In this document: in pieces, positions 53,501 through 64,000 of the stretch
How positions within the stretch are numbered: position 1 is the first letter of the stretch
Layout: each line of letters starts with the position of its first letter
Assembly (NCBI GenBank): GCA_043228905.1
Contig: JBHGNT010000002.1
Coordinates: forward strand, 372,001 to 436,000
Origin: Azolla caroliniana
Lineage: Eukaryota; Plantae; Polypodiophyta
Reading direction: 5' to 3'
DNA: 64,000 bases
Made by a program: the position numbers and the translations under genes
The notes under the pieces: model-generated
What the model saw: the letters and a program-made list of their open reading frames with translations, nothing else
The model's database searches: none
What the model was told of the DNA's origin: nothing

Positions 53501-55853
53501 AATATAAATCATCAGAACCAACATTCTATACCAGATAATGTCAAAGCAAGTTAAGTTTGGAAAGTGATGAAAACCCCGGTCCTCAATATGAAATATGACA
53601 GTTACCAGTCTCTCACCAGATGAGCTTAATGCATATATATATATATATATATATATGCTTTGAAGTATAAGGAATGAAGCCCCATTCCCTATAAGGAGAA
53701 CAAAAATATAATCAACAAAGCAAGGATGGTTCAATATTACCAAATTTAAATACGTAGATATATGGTTTCACTTACTCAATATCATGCAAATGGTAAATCA
53801 CTAATCGTTCATGTAAACACATCTCTATAGTGCTTCATGTTTAGCCAAGAAAGAAATCCAGAGAATAAACAACTGAGCTTCTATCACTTCCCTACAGGTA
53901 ATGCACTTAGTCATGATTAACACTCAATAAAAAAATGATCTCAGAGAAAAAGCAAACAAAAACTTCTTAACAGACATACAGATGACTTACGTGAATCAAA
54001 TTCAAAAGAGCAGCAAGGAAACGCATAGTATCAGAAAATTACCTGCTGTGTAATTTCTTCACCTGCTTTTCTAACAAACAATGCCTCTGATTCCAGGACA
54101 GGGAAATCTACCTCCTCGAATGCAAATAATCTGGAAACCTTTAGGCATTGACAACATATATGTCAATATCATTATGCAAAGGTATGATGAAAACAAAGAG
54201 CAGCTCAATTACAAATTGACAATAATATATATACAGAGCAAGAGGTGTGATGAAAACTAAGGATAAACCAATTGCGTATGACAAACATGTGTATACTATG
54301 ATGCAAAGGCATGTGTAAACTTCGAGAAAATCAATTATGAGCACGTTATATCATTAAAAAAAAGATGTGGGAAACAAGAGAGAAAATGGACACTGCATAT
54401 AATTATGCTAAGGTGTGATGAAAAACAAGAACAAAACAATTATACACAACACAACACACAAACGTGTACATAAAAGGTGTGCAACACGCATATACATATC
54501 AATATCTATATCTATCTATTTATCTATCTACATATACATAAAAAGAAAGAGAAAATTCATTCTAACATACAAAACTAAGAAGTGAAATTGTATACCTCTC
54601 TAAACTTCTGGAAGAGCCAGCTGCGAAGGCGCATTTCCTCTGGTGCAAAGTCCCTAGTTCCGCGAGGTGGGTTATAATCAATGCTTTCATTGGGATCAAG
54701 GAGGGTAGGAGGGCCTGCAGATGCTGGCCCTCTGCTGATATCACCAGCTGCAGTCGTTGCCGCAATAACAGATAGGCTTTTCCTACCTGTGTATGCACAT
54801 CATTACAAAAATTGGCATTTTCAGATAGGCTTTTCCTTTTAGAAATGGAAAGCACATCAAATTTCGCTTTGTAGAAGCACCATCACACAAGTGGAAATCC
54901 GTTTTCAGATAGAAACAGCCAAGTTTAACCAAATGTTCGTACCTGACTCAAATTTTTTGTTAAGAACCATTACATGAAATATAGGCATTCTGAGATAGGA
55001 GTTTCATTTACACATAGTAAATGGTAAGTTTAACCAATGATATACATTGATCTGCACTATTTTCAGCTTCTGCGAAGTGGCATCACATGACAAATGGAAC
55101 CAAAATCAATTTTCAAGAAAAAATTGTATTCTGAAAAACGCTTTTACATGAGAGGAAATACATTTTCAGATCAGTTTTTCTTTCCTGTATACACGTCGGA
55201 AATGGAATGTTTGCATTTTGAGAAACACTATTGAGCAAAATACATTTTAAAACAGGCTTTTCCTTCTTGTATCACATTATTAATATATTGCTTCTGAGAA
55301 GTGCCACTATATGAAAGGAAAGGAAAATCTTTAATAGTTGGCAACTTTAACGGTTTTTTCCCATTCACGTGCTATTTTTGTTTTTTGGAAGTCCATTACG
55401 TATGAATTTAGAAGGCAAAAAAAACGTTTCATCGGCAAGTGTAACAAATGACACACATTTATCTGCGCTGTTACTGGTTCTAAAAAGCTCCACCACATGT
55501 AACAACAGGCATTTTAATCATTGTTTGGAAAGCATAACCAAGTTTATAGAGAGGCTACTAGGAATGAAGCCAGGAACAAGATTCTCTATCTGCTCGTGTT
55601 TGAATAGAAAGATATATATATATATACACATACCTGATACAAATGGTGATGGCGAGGTGGGGTTCTTGCAGATGACATGATGTGGATAGTTCAACGATCC
55701 TGAGATGAGACGAAGAAACCTGTGCACAGAGAGGCTACTAGGAATGAGAGAGAATCGAGATTGACAGGCTGCAGGGAGAGAGCGGAGGCGCCGCCGAGGG
55801 GAGCACGAGGAACATGAAGGCGAAGCGAGCGTGGAGGAAGAAGGAATCCTCAT
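44563..55853 (-). CDS. Histidine--tRNA ligase, chloroplast/mitochondrial type, 536 aa. Exons 55853-55634, 54786-54596, 54138-54043, 53004-52916, 52813-52684, 47029-46937, 46861-46787, 46633-46516, 45949-45807, 45643-45515, 45069-44906, 44725-44563
   Basis: Ser-rich transit peptide; [72 protein letters not shown], and the anticodon-binding domain. Exon phases all agree (1611 nt total). Confidence 0.95.
47306..47348 (+). mobile_element. Extremely 5'-truncated LINE tail in HisRS intron 5
   Basis: CTCTTAAAAGACGTTAATATATCTT(CTTT)n matches the LINE 3' terminus. Confidence 0.8.
47560..49725 (+). mobile_element. Copia pol remnant (IN end, RT, RH) in HisRS intron 5
   Basis: [43 protein letters not shown] with frameshifts. 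Confidence 0.9.
49979..50579 (+). mobile_element. Non-autonomous Mutator-like element retaining a FAR1-type DNA-binding fragment
   Basis: ~27-bp inverted ends GGAAAGCGCTATTTGCCCCCCCATTTT / AAAATGGGGGGGCAAATAGTGCTTTCC; [10 protein letters not shown]...RKRQT, then frameshifted NCPF...WTI...HNHP. Confidence 0.75.
50862..51090 (-). repeat. Two ~125-bp tandem units containing a LINE-3'-end-like sequence
   Basis: Reverse complement GGTCTCATAGGCCAATATGGCCTTTTACAGACATTAATATATCTTTC resembles the LINE terminus. Confidence 0.75.
51207..52114 (+). mobile_element. Putative solo LTR in HisRS intron 5
   Basis: TGTGCCCG...CGGGACA ends, internal TATAAA at ~51588, CT/GT-rich tract and CpG-rich 3' part; boundaries uncertain. 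Confidence 0.35.
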
Positions 55854-55948
55854 GCTTCAGCTTAGAAAGGATAATGGAAATTCCTGAAAGCCTCAGTGAA
55901 GTAGAGAGAGTGTGTGTGTTTTTCTGTTTGAACACACAGAGTCAGAGT

Positions 55949-56239
55949 TAGGAGTCCATCTCGGTTCAAGCCTAAACCGAGACACTAAACCGTTTTTAAA
56001 CGGTTTGACGGTTTATATGTTCGGCTCGAATCGGATTGGTTCAGACTTTAGCTTCCTTAACCGGTTTGGGTCGGTTGAAGCCGAACCGAACTGTTTTGGG
56101 TTTAACCGGTTAAGACTTAATCGGTTTGGATCAACTGATCTATGCTTAATTGATTTGGCCAAATTGGTTAAGCCAAAATCGGTTTTGTTTGGACTAGGCC
56201 AAACTGATTAAGCCGAAACCGAACCGTTGTCGATTCCTA
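55949..56239. mobile_element. hAT-type MITE (291 bp) about 95 bp upstream of the HisRS ATG
   Basis: Imperfect TIRs TAGGAGTC../..GATTCCTA; 8-bp TSD GTCAGAGT / GTCAAAGT (7/8); dense AACCG/CGGTT subterminal motifs. Confidence 0.8.
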
Positions 56240-56243
56240 GTCA

Positions 56244-56246
<3 letters not shown>

Positions 56247-56320
<74 letters not shown>

Positions 56321-56329
56321 TGTGTGTGT
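56247..56329. repeat. (TC)n followed by (TG)n microsatellite
   Basis: Direct reading. Confidence 0.95.
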
Positions 56330-56734
56330 TATGGTGTGTGAAGGGATGGTAATCAAATGTCAAAGTATGTTTTTGATGTCGGTTAATGAAGCTCGGCATG
56401 GCTAGGTAATCCTTCTTGAATCAACTTAACGACATTAAATGGTTCACACGTTATCATCATGTTCATTGATTAAGATTTTATGGTTTGTTCATTTAACAAT
56501 GTTGTAAGCAGCGTCACGATTAATTAAGTAATCCATAATTCAAACATGATTTAATATGGAAATCACGTCTCTCATGTTTTCCTATAGCAATACAAATGAA
56601 TCGCATTTTCACAACGCATAAAGATTGTTGGCATTCTTGCACCACTGATGTTGTAAAATACGTGGCATTTTAAAAGAATAGAAATCTTTAATTATATGTT
56701 TTCTACGTTATGTTTCTCAATAAAAAGGTGTGGC

Positions 56735-57195
56735 TTGGACTCAATTAAAAGACCCATAGTGTTACTAACTCCAAATGGATCGATCGCATCATAGCCACCA
56801 TTCGCAAAGAGCACTCATCCAATTGGTTACATCATACTCCATGCAAGGGAAGCCTCGCATTTTGCAATTTTCAAAATAAATTAAAAATTATACAAATACC
56901 ACGCACAAGATGATTGATGTTGCAATTGCAAATGTTGTTCTATGTTTTGGGTTATTGGAATTGGTTTGTAAATCTATACTTCAAGTTGGACTCAATTAAA
57001 ACACCCACCGAGTTACTAACTCAAAATGGGCCAATCACAACATAGCCACCATTCGCAAAGAGCACTCATCCAATTGGTTGCATCATACTCCATGCAAGGA
57101 AGCCTCATGTTTTGCAAGTTTCAAAATAAATTAAAAAATATACAAACACCATGCGAAGATGATTGATGTTGAAATAGCAAATGTTGTTCTATGTT
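56735..57195. repeat. ~250-bp tandem duplication (two diverged units)
   Basis: TTGGACTCAATTAAAA...CATAGCCACCATTCGCAAAGAGCACTCATCCAATTGG...GCAAATGTTGTTCTATGTT at ~56735 and ~56987. Confidence 0.85.
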
Positions 57196-57205
57196 CTCGA
57201 GACGT

Positions 57206-58290
57206 GTTGTACAAGAAGAACAAGAAGATCATCATCATGTTTACAACGTTAGGTTATCGCTTATATACTAAGCCCTAACTCTTTGGACAAGTTCATACTC
57301 GGATACAAAGTGGAAGGAGTCGGCCTTTTATGCCAACAAACTCCCTCGAGACTACTCTTTCTTATGTGTACAAGTGTTTGGGGTTATCTCTCCCGTAAAC
57401 CTAGATTACAAAATCAATCTAAATTTATATTTACAAGTCAGTCGGCATGTGGCCGAGTCACCAGAGATATGTTCAATGGCTAGTCAGTTAGATTGACTTG
57501 TCTGAGTCGATCGGTTCGACTTACTTTCTGCTCTTTGTTCGACCTTCTTCTACTTGGTCGCTTCCGGACTTCAAGCTTCCTCTCAGTTATGAGGTCCCGG
57601 ATGTGACGATACCGCACCTCAATATGCTTTGTCTTTGCGTGATAGACAGGATTATTGATGAGATGTATTGCACTTTGTGAGTCGCAATAAATGGTTGGCG
57701 TTGGTCGGTCGATTCGGCTTGTAGTTGAAAAATCAGTAGATAGTCAGTGCTGCCAGATCGTGTCCTTCACTGCCTCTAATGTTGTTATGTACTCAGCCTT
57801 TGTAGTTGACAAGGTCATGCACGCTTGAAGCTTCGACCTCCATGATATAGCACCACCACCATAGGTGAAAATATAGCCTAATGTTGACTTCCGATTGTCC
57901 GTATTGCCAACATAGTCAGAATCAGTGTAGCCTTCAACTTCGGTTGAGGTTGTCAAACCGAAAGTCAACTGAGTATCTTCGATCCCTCTCAAGTACCTGA
58001 AGATGTGCTTGATAGCCTCCCAATGCTTCCATCGTGGATTCGACATGTACCGGTTGACCACCCCTACGGCATAGGCTAGGTCGGGTCGAGTTGCCACCAT
58101 TGCATACATGATACTTCCTACGGCCGATGCATATGGCATCTTTCCATTAACCTCTCACTCCTTGTTTGTTGAAGGAGAGCCTTTGTTTGATAGTCGGATC
58201 AACGTCGGAAGTGGTGTTGGTGTTGGCTTCACATTCTCCATGTTGAAGTGCTTCAACACCTTCTTGATATAGTCGTACTAGGAGAGTCAG
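57206..58290 (-). mobile_element. Copia RT/RNase H remnant with probable LTR portion
   Basis: PYASAVGSIMYAMVATRPDL, GYTDSDY, HIEVRY. Confidence 0.8.
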
Positions 58291-58292
58291 AG

Positions 58293-59059
58293 TGTTAGCC
58301 GGTCAGCTAAGGAGCCGGACAAGTATGGAAGCGTCAGAGTCAACAATGTTCGGATGTACACAGAGTCGGAGTTGGATCGATGAGTCAACGTTTTGCCGAG
58401 TAAATAAAAAATAGATATTAGAATTAGTTAGAATGGTTTTGGTTAGTTCTTGTTAACAAGACAAGTGTAGTTCTTGATGAGTAAAGCCATCGACCACCTA
58501 TAAAAAGGGGTCAAGGACATTGTCATACTATCGTTCTAATTTGAGTTTAATATAGTTATTAGTTATGGAAAATCTATGTCGCTTATTTTGTTACTATGTT
58601 CGACTCAGTGTTAAATCTTCTATTAATTATATTAAGTCAATTAGTCGATCACAGTACCTTATATTTGCATTCTGAGTAACCGACTCGTACGAAATTCAAT
58701 TTTTACTTCTGTAATTTCTTGATAGAAATTTAGAACTGTTGAGAAGCCAATGTGACACAAGAATTTAGTAGAGGAAGAAGCAGACACAGAAGCCCTAAAA
58801 ATAGAGATAAGTCTTATGCTAGGTCGAAATCTAGAGGAAGACCTACATGCTTTTATTGTGGAAAGCCTAGTCAGTTCCAAAAGAAATGTTGACATATTAG
58901 GAAGGACAAAGGCATGTTGATGAGGTCGAACCTAGAAAATTTTATGATGATAAAAACACCCTAACCATTGCAACTAGTGAAGAAGAGATGTTATTTATTT
59001 GTGAACAAGGTAGTGTGAACCTTGCAAATGTTGAGTGCTCTTGGGTAGTGGACTCAGGA
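58293..59059 (+). mobile_element. Older Copia LTR/gag remnant interrupted at the protease motif
   Basis: LTR-like segment with CCTATAAAAGGGG; ends in CSWVVDSG exactly where the next LTR starts. Confidence 0.5.
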
Positions 59060-61242
59060 TGTCATATTCAATCTTGTTGAGAGACAAGTTCAACATTAGT
59101 GCGTAATACGATGCGTAAACCAGTGCGTAGACTGGGTGCGTAAATCGGTACACATAACATGGCCGTATTGGTGCGTAAACCGCGAGGCCGTTGGGAAGAT
59201 ATTCCTCGTAAGGAATAATTTTGGGAGTTAGTGTAGTAGGCTCATTTATGAGCGGTCAAGTACTGTCAGTACTTGTGTCAGCCTATTGACAGGGCTTGTA
59301 TAAAAGGTGCTCACGGAGCACGGTGTATGTACAAATTGAGTATTATTTTGAATTGAGTTTCTGTGTGTTCTCTCTCTATCTCTCCCACGTACTGTGTGTA
59401 TATCCTAAGCTCTCCATTAAACCTGCGTATTTCCTGTGTTCGTTTTCCTATTGCTTCCGCACATATTCTTTTACATGGTATCAGAGCGCAAGGGTTGAGA
59501 ACCTCTGCAGCCGACATAGCTTGAAAGGAAAACCAACCAAGAAGAACAGGTAAAACCGATGGATAGAGGCATGGCTAGCTCGCTTCCGACGGAGAAGCTC
59601 GACAGAAACAACTACGTGTCTTGGTCCTACAAGATGCACCAGTACTTGCTCGGGCACGGTTACTGGAGCTATGTCGACGGAGCAAATGACACAACACCCA
59701 AATCGACACACAGAGATTTCCCGGCGTGGGAACAGTCGGCGAGCAGAGTACTGTACTGCTTCGCGTCTTGTGTGGGCGAACAACTCCTAAGCTACATTCG
59801 GGATGCAAAAACGCCGAAAAATGCTTGGGGAAATCTAAAGAAGATTTTCGCCGCAAGCACTATAGCCAAGAAGCTTCAACTTCGACAGGAGCTGAGCAAC
59901 CTACGACAACGTGACTTGTCGGTGGTTGATTACACCTCGAAGATCAAAGAGATATGCGACTCCTTAGCCTCTATCGATGTGAACGTCGAGGAAGGCGAGA
60001 TGGTGCAAATCTATCTCGGGGGACTGGTGTCGAAGTTCGAAGCGTTCCGAACTGTTGTGTGTACACGGGAGAATACGTCGTCGTTTTTCGACTTACAATC
60101 GATGCTCTTTATAGAGGAGAACCATGGGGGTGCGTCGACAAGCACGCATGCCGACAATAAGATGTTGTAAACAGAGGGAGATAGGCCTCGTGGTCATGGC
60201 GGACGAGGCGAGTCGGTGCACAATGGAGGCGGCCGACAGGATCAAGGAAGATGGCACCGAAGTGATGCTGACAACAATTCCGGACCCTCCGAAAACAAGG
60301 GGAGTCAAGGCGATGAGAAACGGCAAGGGAAATCCGCCACGGAATGCTGCTATTGTGGCAAGAAAGGCCACAGAGAGAGCGAGTGCTGGAAAAAGCGCGC
60401 CGATTCGGAGAGGATTGGACCCGGATCAGGCTCCGAACAGACCAACAAAGGAAACCAGCAGCGATCACACTACGCCAAAGGATGCGAAGAAGGGTCAGTC
60501 TTCGTGATGAGACACGAAGCAAACTCAATGAAGAAGATCACCTCGAAGTCGGATGAGGTATGGTACGTCAACTCCGGCGCGTCAAACCACATGACGTGCC
60601 ACAAGGAGTGGTTCTCGTACTTGGAAAAACCGATGCAACCGAGAGTAGTCGCAATCGGAGACGACACTCCGCATCCGATCGCGAATGTCGGTGAAGTTAC
60701 CCTGAGCCATGTCGGGCAAAAAGGGAAACTCATGAACGTGTTACACGTTCCAACAATCACGAAGAACCTGGTGTCGGTCGGACAGATCATCGACCAGGGG
60801 ATGCAGGTTCGGTTCACGCATCTCAAGTGCTTCATTGAGGAAGAAGGCCGAGTTATTGCGCAAGGGCGCAGAGACGGGAGGATGTTTATCCTCGACTCTA
60901 GTGATGGTGGCACCGCAATGTTCATGAAAGGACAAAAAGTAGAGTCAGATATCGACTTATGGCACAAGCGGATAGGCCACGTCAACTATAAACGGCTTCA
61001 AGACCTGCAATTGAAACATGTGGTGTTTGGATTGCCCAAATTTAGTGGCCAGAAGGCACAAATTTGTGAAGCATGCCAGCTAGGGAAGCAACACCGACTT
61101 CCTTTCCCCAACGAGTATAACCGAAGACGGAACAAGCTCGACTTGATACATTCCAATGTATGGGGGCCGGCACAGAATGTTAGTCTTGGCGGGAGTCGAT
61201 ATTTCATCTCCTTCATTGACGACTATACGCGGCACACGTGGG
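59060..61242 (+). mobile_element. Copia 5' half: LTR (59060-59475), PBS (59476-59487), gag, PR, IN N-terminus
   Basis: TG...CA then TGGTATCAGAGC; LPTEKLDRNN gag (related to the 33.6-39.9 kb element), CCYCGKKGHRESEC, WHKRIGH, CEACQLGKQHR. Confidence 0.92.
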
Positions 61243-61948
61243 TCCCTGTTTCCCAACAGTTTTAGCGAATATCCATACAGACAAAAATAGATCAAACATG
61301 CTTACTAAAATCCTATCTATGGTAAAACTTGTTACGTGCCAACGAAGGACTAGTTTGGTTGACTCTCCCCCTACAAGAGTGAAGGGTGAGTTTGTTATGC
61401 AAGGTTGTCCCTCCTTATAGGGGAGTTGGCTGGAAAGCCGAACCGAGACACGGTTGGCTGAAATCGGCCGAAGAGCCAAACCAAGACACTGCTAGAAGAA
61501 TGTGTGTGTGTGTGTGTGTGTGTGTGTATGAGTTAGGTTAGTATATATATAGACATAGTGGTATTAGTTGCATATGTATGTGGGATAAATCATTGAGAGT
61601 ATAATAGTGAGAGAAGCGTTAGAGTGAATGTGTGAGTAAGCGCAGGCGAGAGAGAACGCGTTGCAAGGAACGTGAGTGCTAACACAATGGTGGTTGTGAA
61701 AGAGAGATAGACATAGCTGTGCACCTGAGTGTGTGAGGAAGCAAGAAAAGAAGGACAAAACACAGAAGATAAGAGAGATAGAACAGAGAAGCTCTGAAAG
61801 CTTCAAAAGAGGGAAACAATCCACGACTGAAACTGTGGTTTTAGACAACTACCTGGGAGTACATTCATACTCAATCAGGTTCTATCATTCTAGGCTTGTA
61901 TTCTTTCTCTGTCTCATAGTGAAATCTTGTTCATAGTGGTTTTTCCCT
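61243..61948 (+). mobile_element. 3' end of a different Copia: RH tail, PPT, LTR from ~61393
   Basis: IHTDKNRSNMLTK; PPT GAGTGAAGGGTGAG followed by TGTTATG; (TG)n tract. Confidence 0.6.
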
Positions 61949-61949
61949 G

Positions 61950-63590
61950 GAATCAAGGTCATACCATGAGCTAGTATAATCGGACTCATACAATGAACGA
62001 GAGGCCTTAAAGGCTTGATGGGATATTCTATCATGTGGTTGGTTATGTACTCTGTGGATAACGACTACAAGTTGAAAAAGTGCCTCAGCCCTAATAATGT
62101 CATGTGGTACTGTCGATTTGCTTCGAAGTCTCTCTAATTGCATCCACATGAAAGATGGTAGTCTTGGAGCCCAAACCACTGATGCATACATAAGGGAGGG
62201 AGTCACTAATGAGTCAAAGAGCCACCCTTTAGTCAGTGGCTCTTGAAAGTATGCTTGATGGCATTGTCTCTTGAGGAGTGAGAGGGATGCATGTCCTCTC
62301 GTAAGTCTATCCTTTACTGCTTGTGTCATCGAAAATTTACCTGAGCAGGCATTGAAAGTGACTCCGAGATAGACATATGATCCAACCACCTCAATTGGGC
62401 TATGGGAGATAGTTATGTGACCCTTAGCTCTAACTTGGGCCGATGTGTGGAAGATAAGGACTTTAGTTTTCCCTAGATTCACTGCCAATCCTCGTTGTGC
62501 GCAAAAGTCATCTAAGGCATTAAGGTGCCTTTGTAGGTCATGTTCGGATTCCATGACCTATCATAATGGTCCTACATGTATTTGGGTCCATGGGGTTCCC
62601 CCTTTTATGTATGGGGGCCACTGTGTTCATAGTCCATTGTGGTGGAAAACCCTCCGCGAGGGCATGATTCAAGATTAGAGTTAGCAAGGGAGTTAGGCAC
62701 TCTCTCGCATATATGATGTGTTTTGCTCGCAATCCTATGTGGTCCATGGACTTCCTATGTTGTAATTTCTTTATGACCTTCACGACCCTAGAGGTTGCGA
62801 AAAGTGTCCCCACCGTAGGTCGGGGTGTAGAAGGCATTGGAATGGGTGGTTGGTTTGGGATTTGGTAAAGTCTCTCTGTATATGTGTGCCAGGTTTTGGG
62901 ATCTTCGATGGGTGTTTGTGGTCTTGGTTCCCGTAATCTCTTCCATGCAGTGGCGCAATCGCTACTCATGAGCATATGGTAGAGTTCCTAATATTGGGAT
63001 GCCTCCCATGCTCGTCTCTTACGACGTGTCATCTTGCGCATTTCTTTGCAAGCTTGTATTGAGGTAATACTACCACTGAGTTGCGATATTGTAAGTTGTC
63101 TATGTAAGTTCCAACAATCCTCATCATACCATCTATTTTGTGGCATAGATCCTAATCTACCTTGATTGGAGTGTTTCGTATATGGGAAACTACTAACTGT
63201 TGCGGAGTGAAGGATGTGTGTGAGTTTCGTACTAAGGCTCTCTAAAGGTAGGGAGGGATCAAGGGAGGAGAGATGGGCTTGAACACGTTGAGAGTATATG
63301 TCAGAGAGCTCATGTGTGAAATGTATTGTGGTGTGATGGCGTGGTTGACTAGATTCGGTGATGTTAGAGATATCGCATTTTAGCTCGAAGTATAAGACAC
63401 TATGGTCCACGCCAATAGGGCATGGGGCCACCCGGAAGGAGTTAATCATGTGGGTAGTTTCAGGGCGTCCTATTAGATAATCAGTTGTGCTTTCCCCTGC
63501 TCCATGTGGGAAACACGTGAGCTCTTTCGAGTTTGGCCACTTGGCTAAACTACTATACATATATGACCATCTGGTGGCGACTGCCAAGTT
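61950..63590 (-). mobile_element. Decayed LINE (endonuclease end, RT with core deleted)
   Basis: TTDYLIG, VDHSVL, RWYDEDC, PIHKRG.PMDPNTCRTI, GLAVNLGKTKVLIF, YVYLGVTF. Confidence 0.85.
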
Positions 63591-63769
63591 CGAGCAAATG
63601 ATGGAGAGAAAGAGAGAGAGAGAGCTCCTAGAAGAATGAGCAAAGCCAAGGAAGGAAGTTAATAAGAAATAGTTTGTACATACATATCTATTATATGTGT
63701 ATTGTTTGGGCTTATGATGAGGAGAGGGGCTGAACACTAAAACTAAGGCTCTTCTTGTCAGAGTCCGAG

Positions 63770-63771
<2 letters not shown>

Positions 63772-63811
<40 letters not shown>
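63772..63811. repeat. (GA)n microsatellite abutting the SDR start codon
   Basis: Direct reading. Confidence 0.9.
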
Positions 63812-63817
<6 letters not shown>

Positions 63818-64000
63818 TCCTCATCCCTTTCTGCCCCTGCACAGGAGGAGGATCTAGCAGGACGAGTGGCCATAGTCACAGGTGGGTCCCGCGGGATCGG
63901 GCGAGAGGTATGCCTACACTTAGCACAACACGGCGCCTCTGTGGTAGTATGCTATGCAGGAGACGCGCAAGCAGCATCAGACGTCCTGGGCCTCATCAAT
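63812..64000 (+). CDS. Second SDR paralog, 5' part (runs off the window)
   Basis: [63 protein letters not shown]; nearly identical at DNA level to ~28260-28399. Confidence 0.92.

Noticed and set aside
62988-63842. 284-aa ORF as a host gene
   Set aside because: Chance fusion of a (CT)n tract, SDR upstream DNA and LINE endonuclease/linker sequence.

Overview
Eukaryotic land-plant nuclear DNA (intron-containing genes in a retrotransposon-rich matrix). A seed-free plant such as a fern is inferred from an LRRIQ1-like ciliary-type gene and from non-angiosperm-like LINEs. Host genes: the 3' end of ATG13 (70-667,+); a multi-exon LRR+IQ gene resembling LRRIQ1 (~11.1-19.4 kb, possibly to 26.1 kb,+); an intronless classical SDR (28214-29056,+) with a near-identical paralog starting at 63812; and a complete 12-exon organellar histidyl-tRNA synthetase (44563-55853,-). 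The rest is mostly decayed Ty1/Copia elements, several LINE families with (TCTT)n tails, a small Mutator/FAR1 derivative and a hAT MITE. Most notable: (1) an LTR-like unit carrying a long heat-shock-element array just upstream of its TATA box, an ONSEN-like architecture; (2) an in-frame, splice-competent tandem copy of the HisRS terminal exon; (3) a young Copia with a ~1.55-kb internal tandem duplication whose copies have complementary lesions; (4) a conserved LINE 3' stem-loop shared with a divergent short repeat; (5) a decayed copy of the IQ exon upstream of its own gene. All coordinates were read by eye; family assignments rest on remembered motifs, not database searches.
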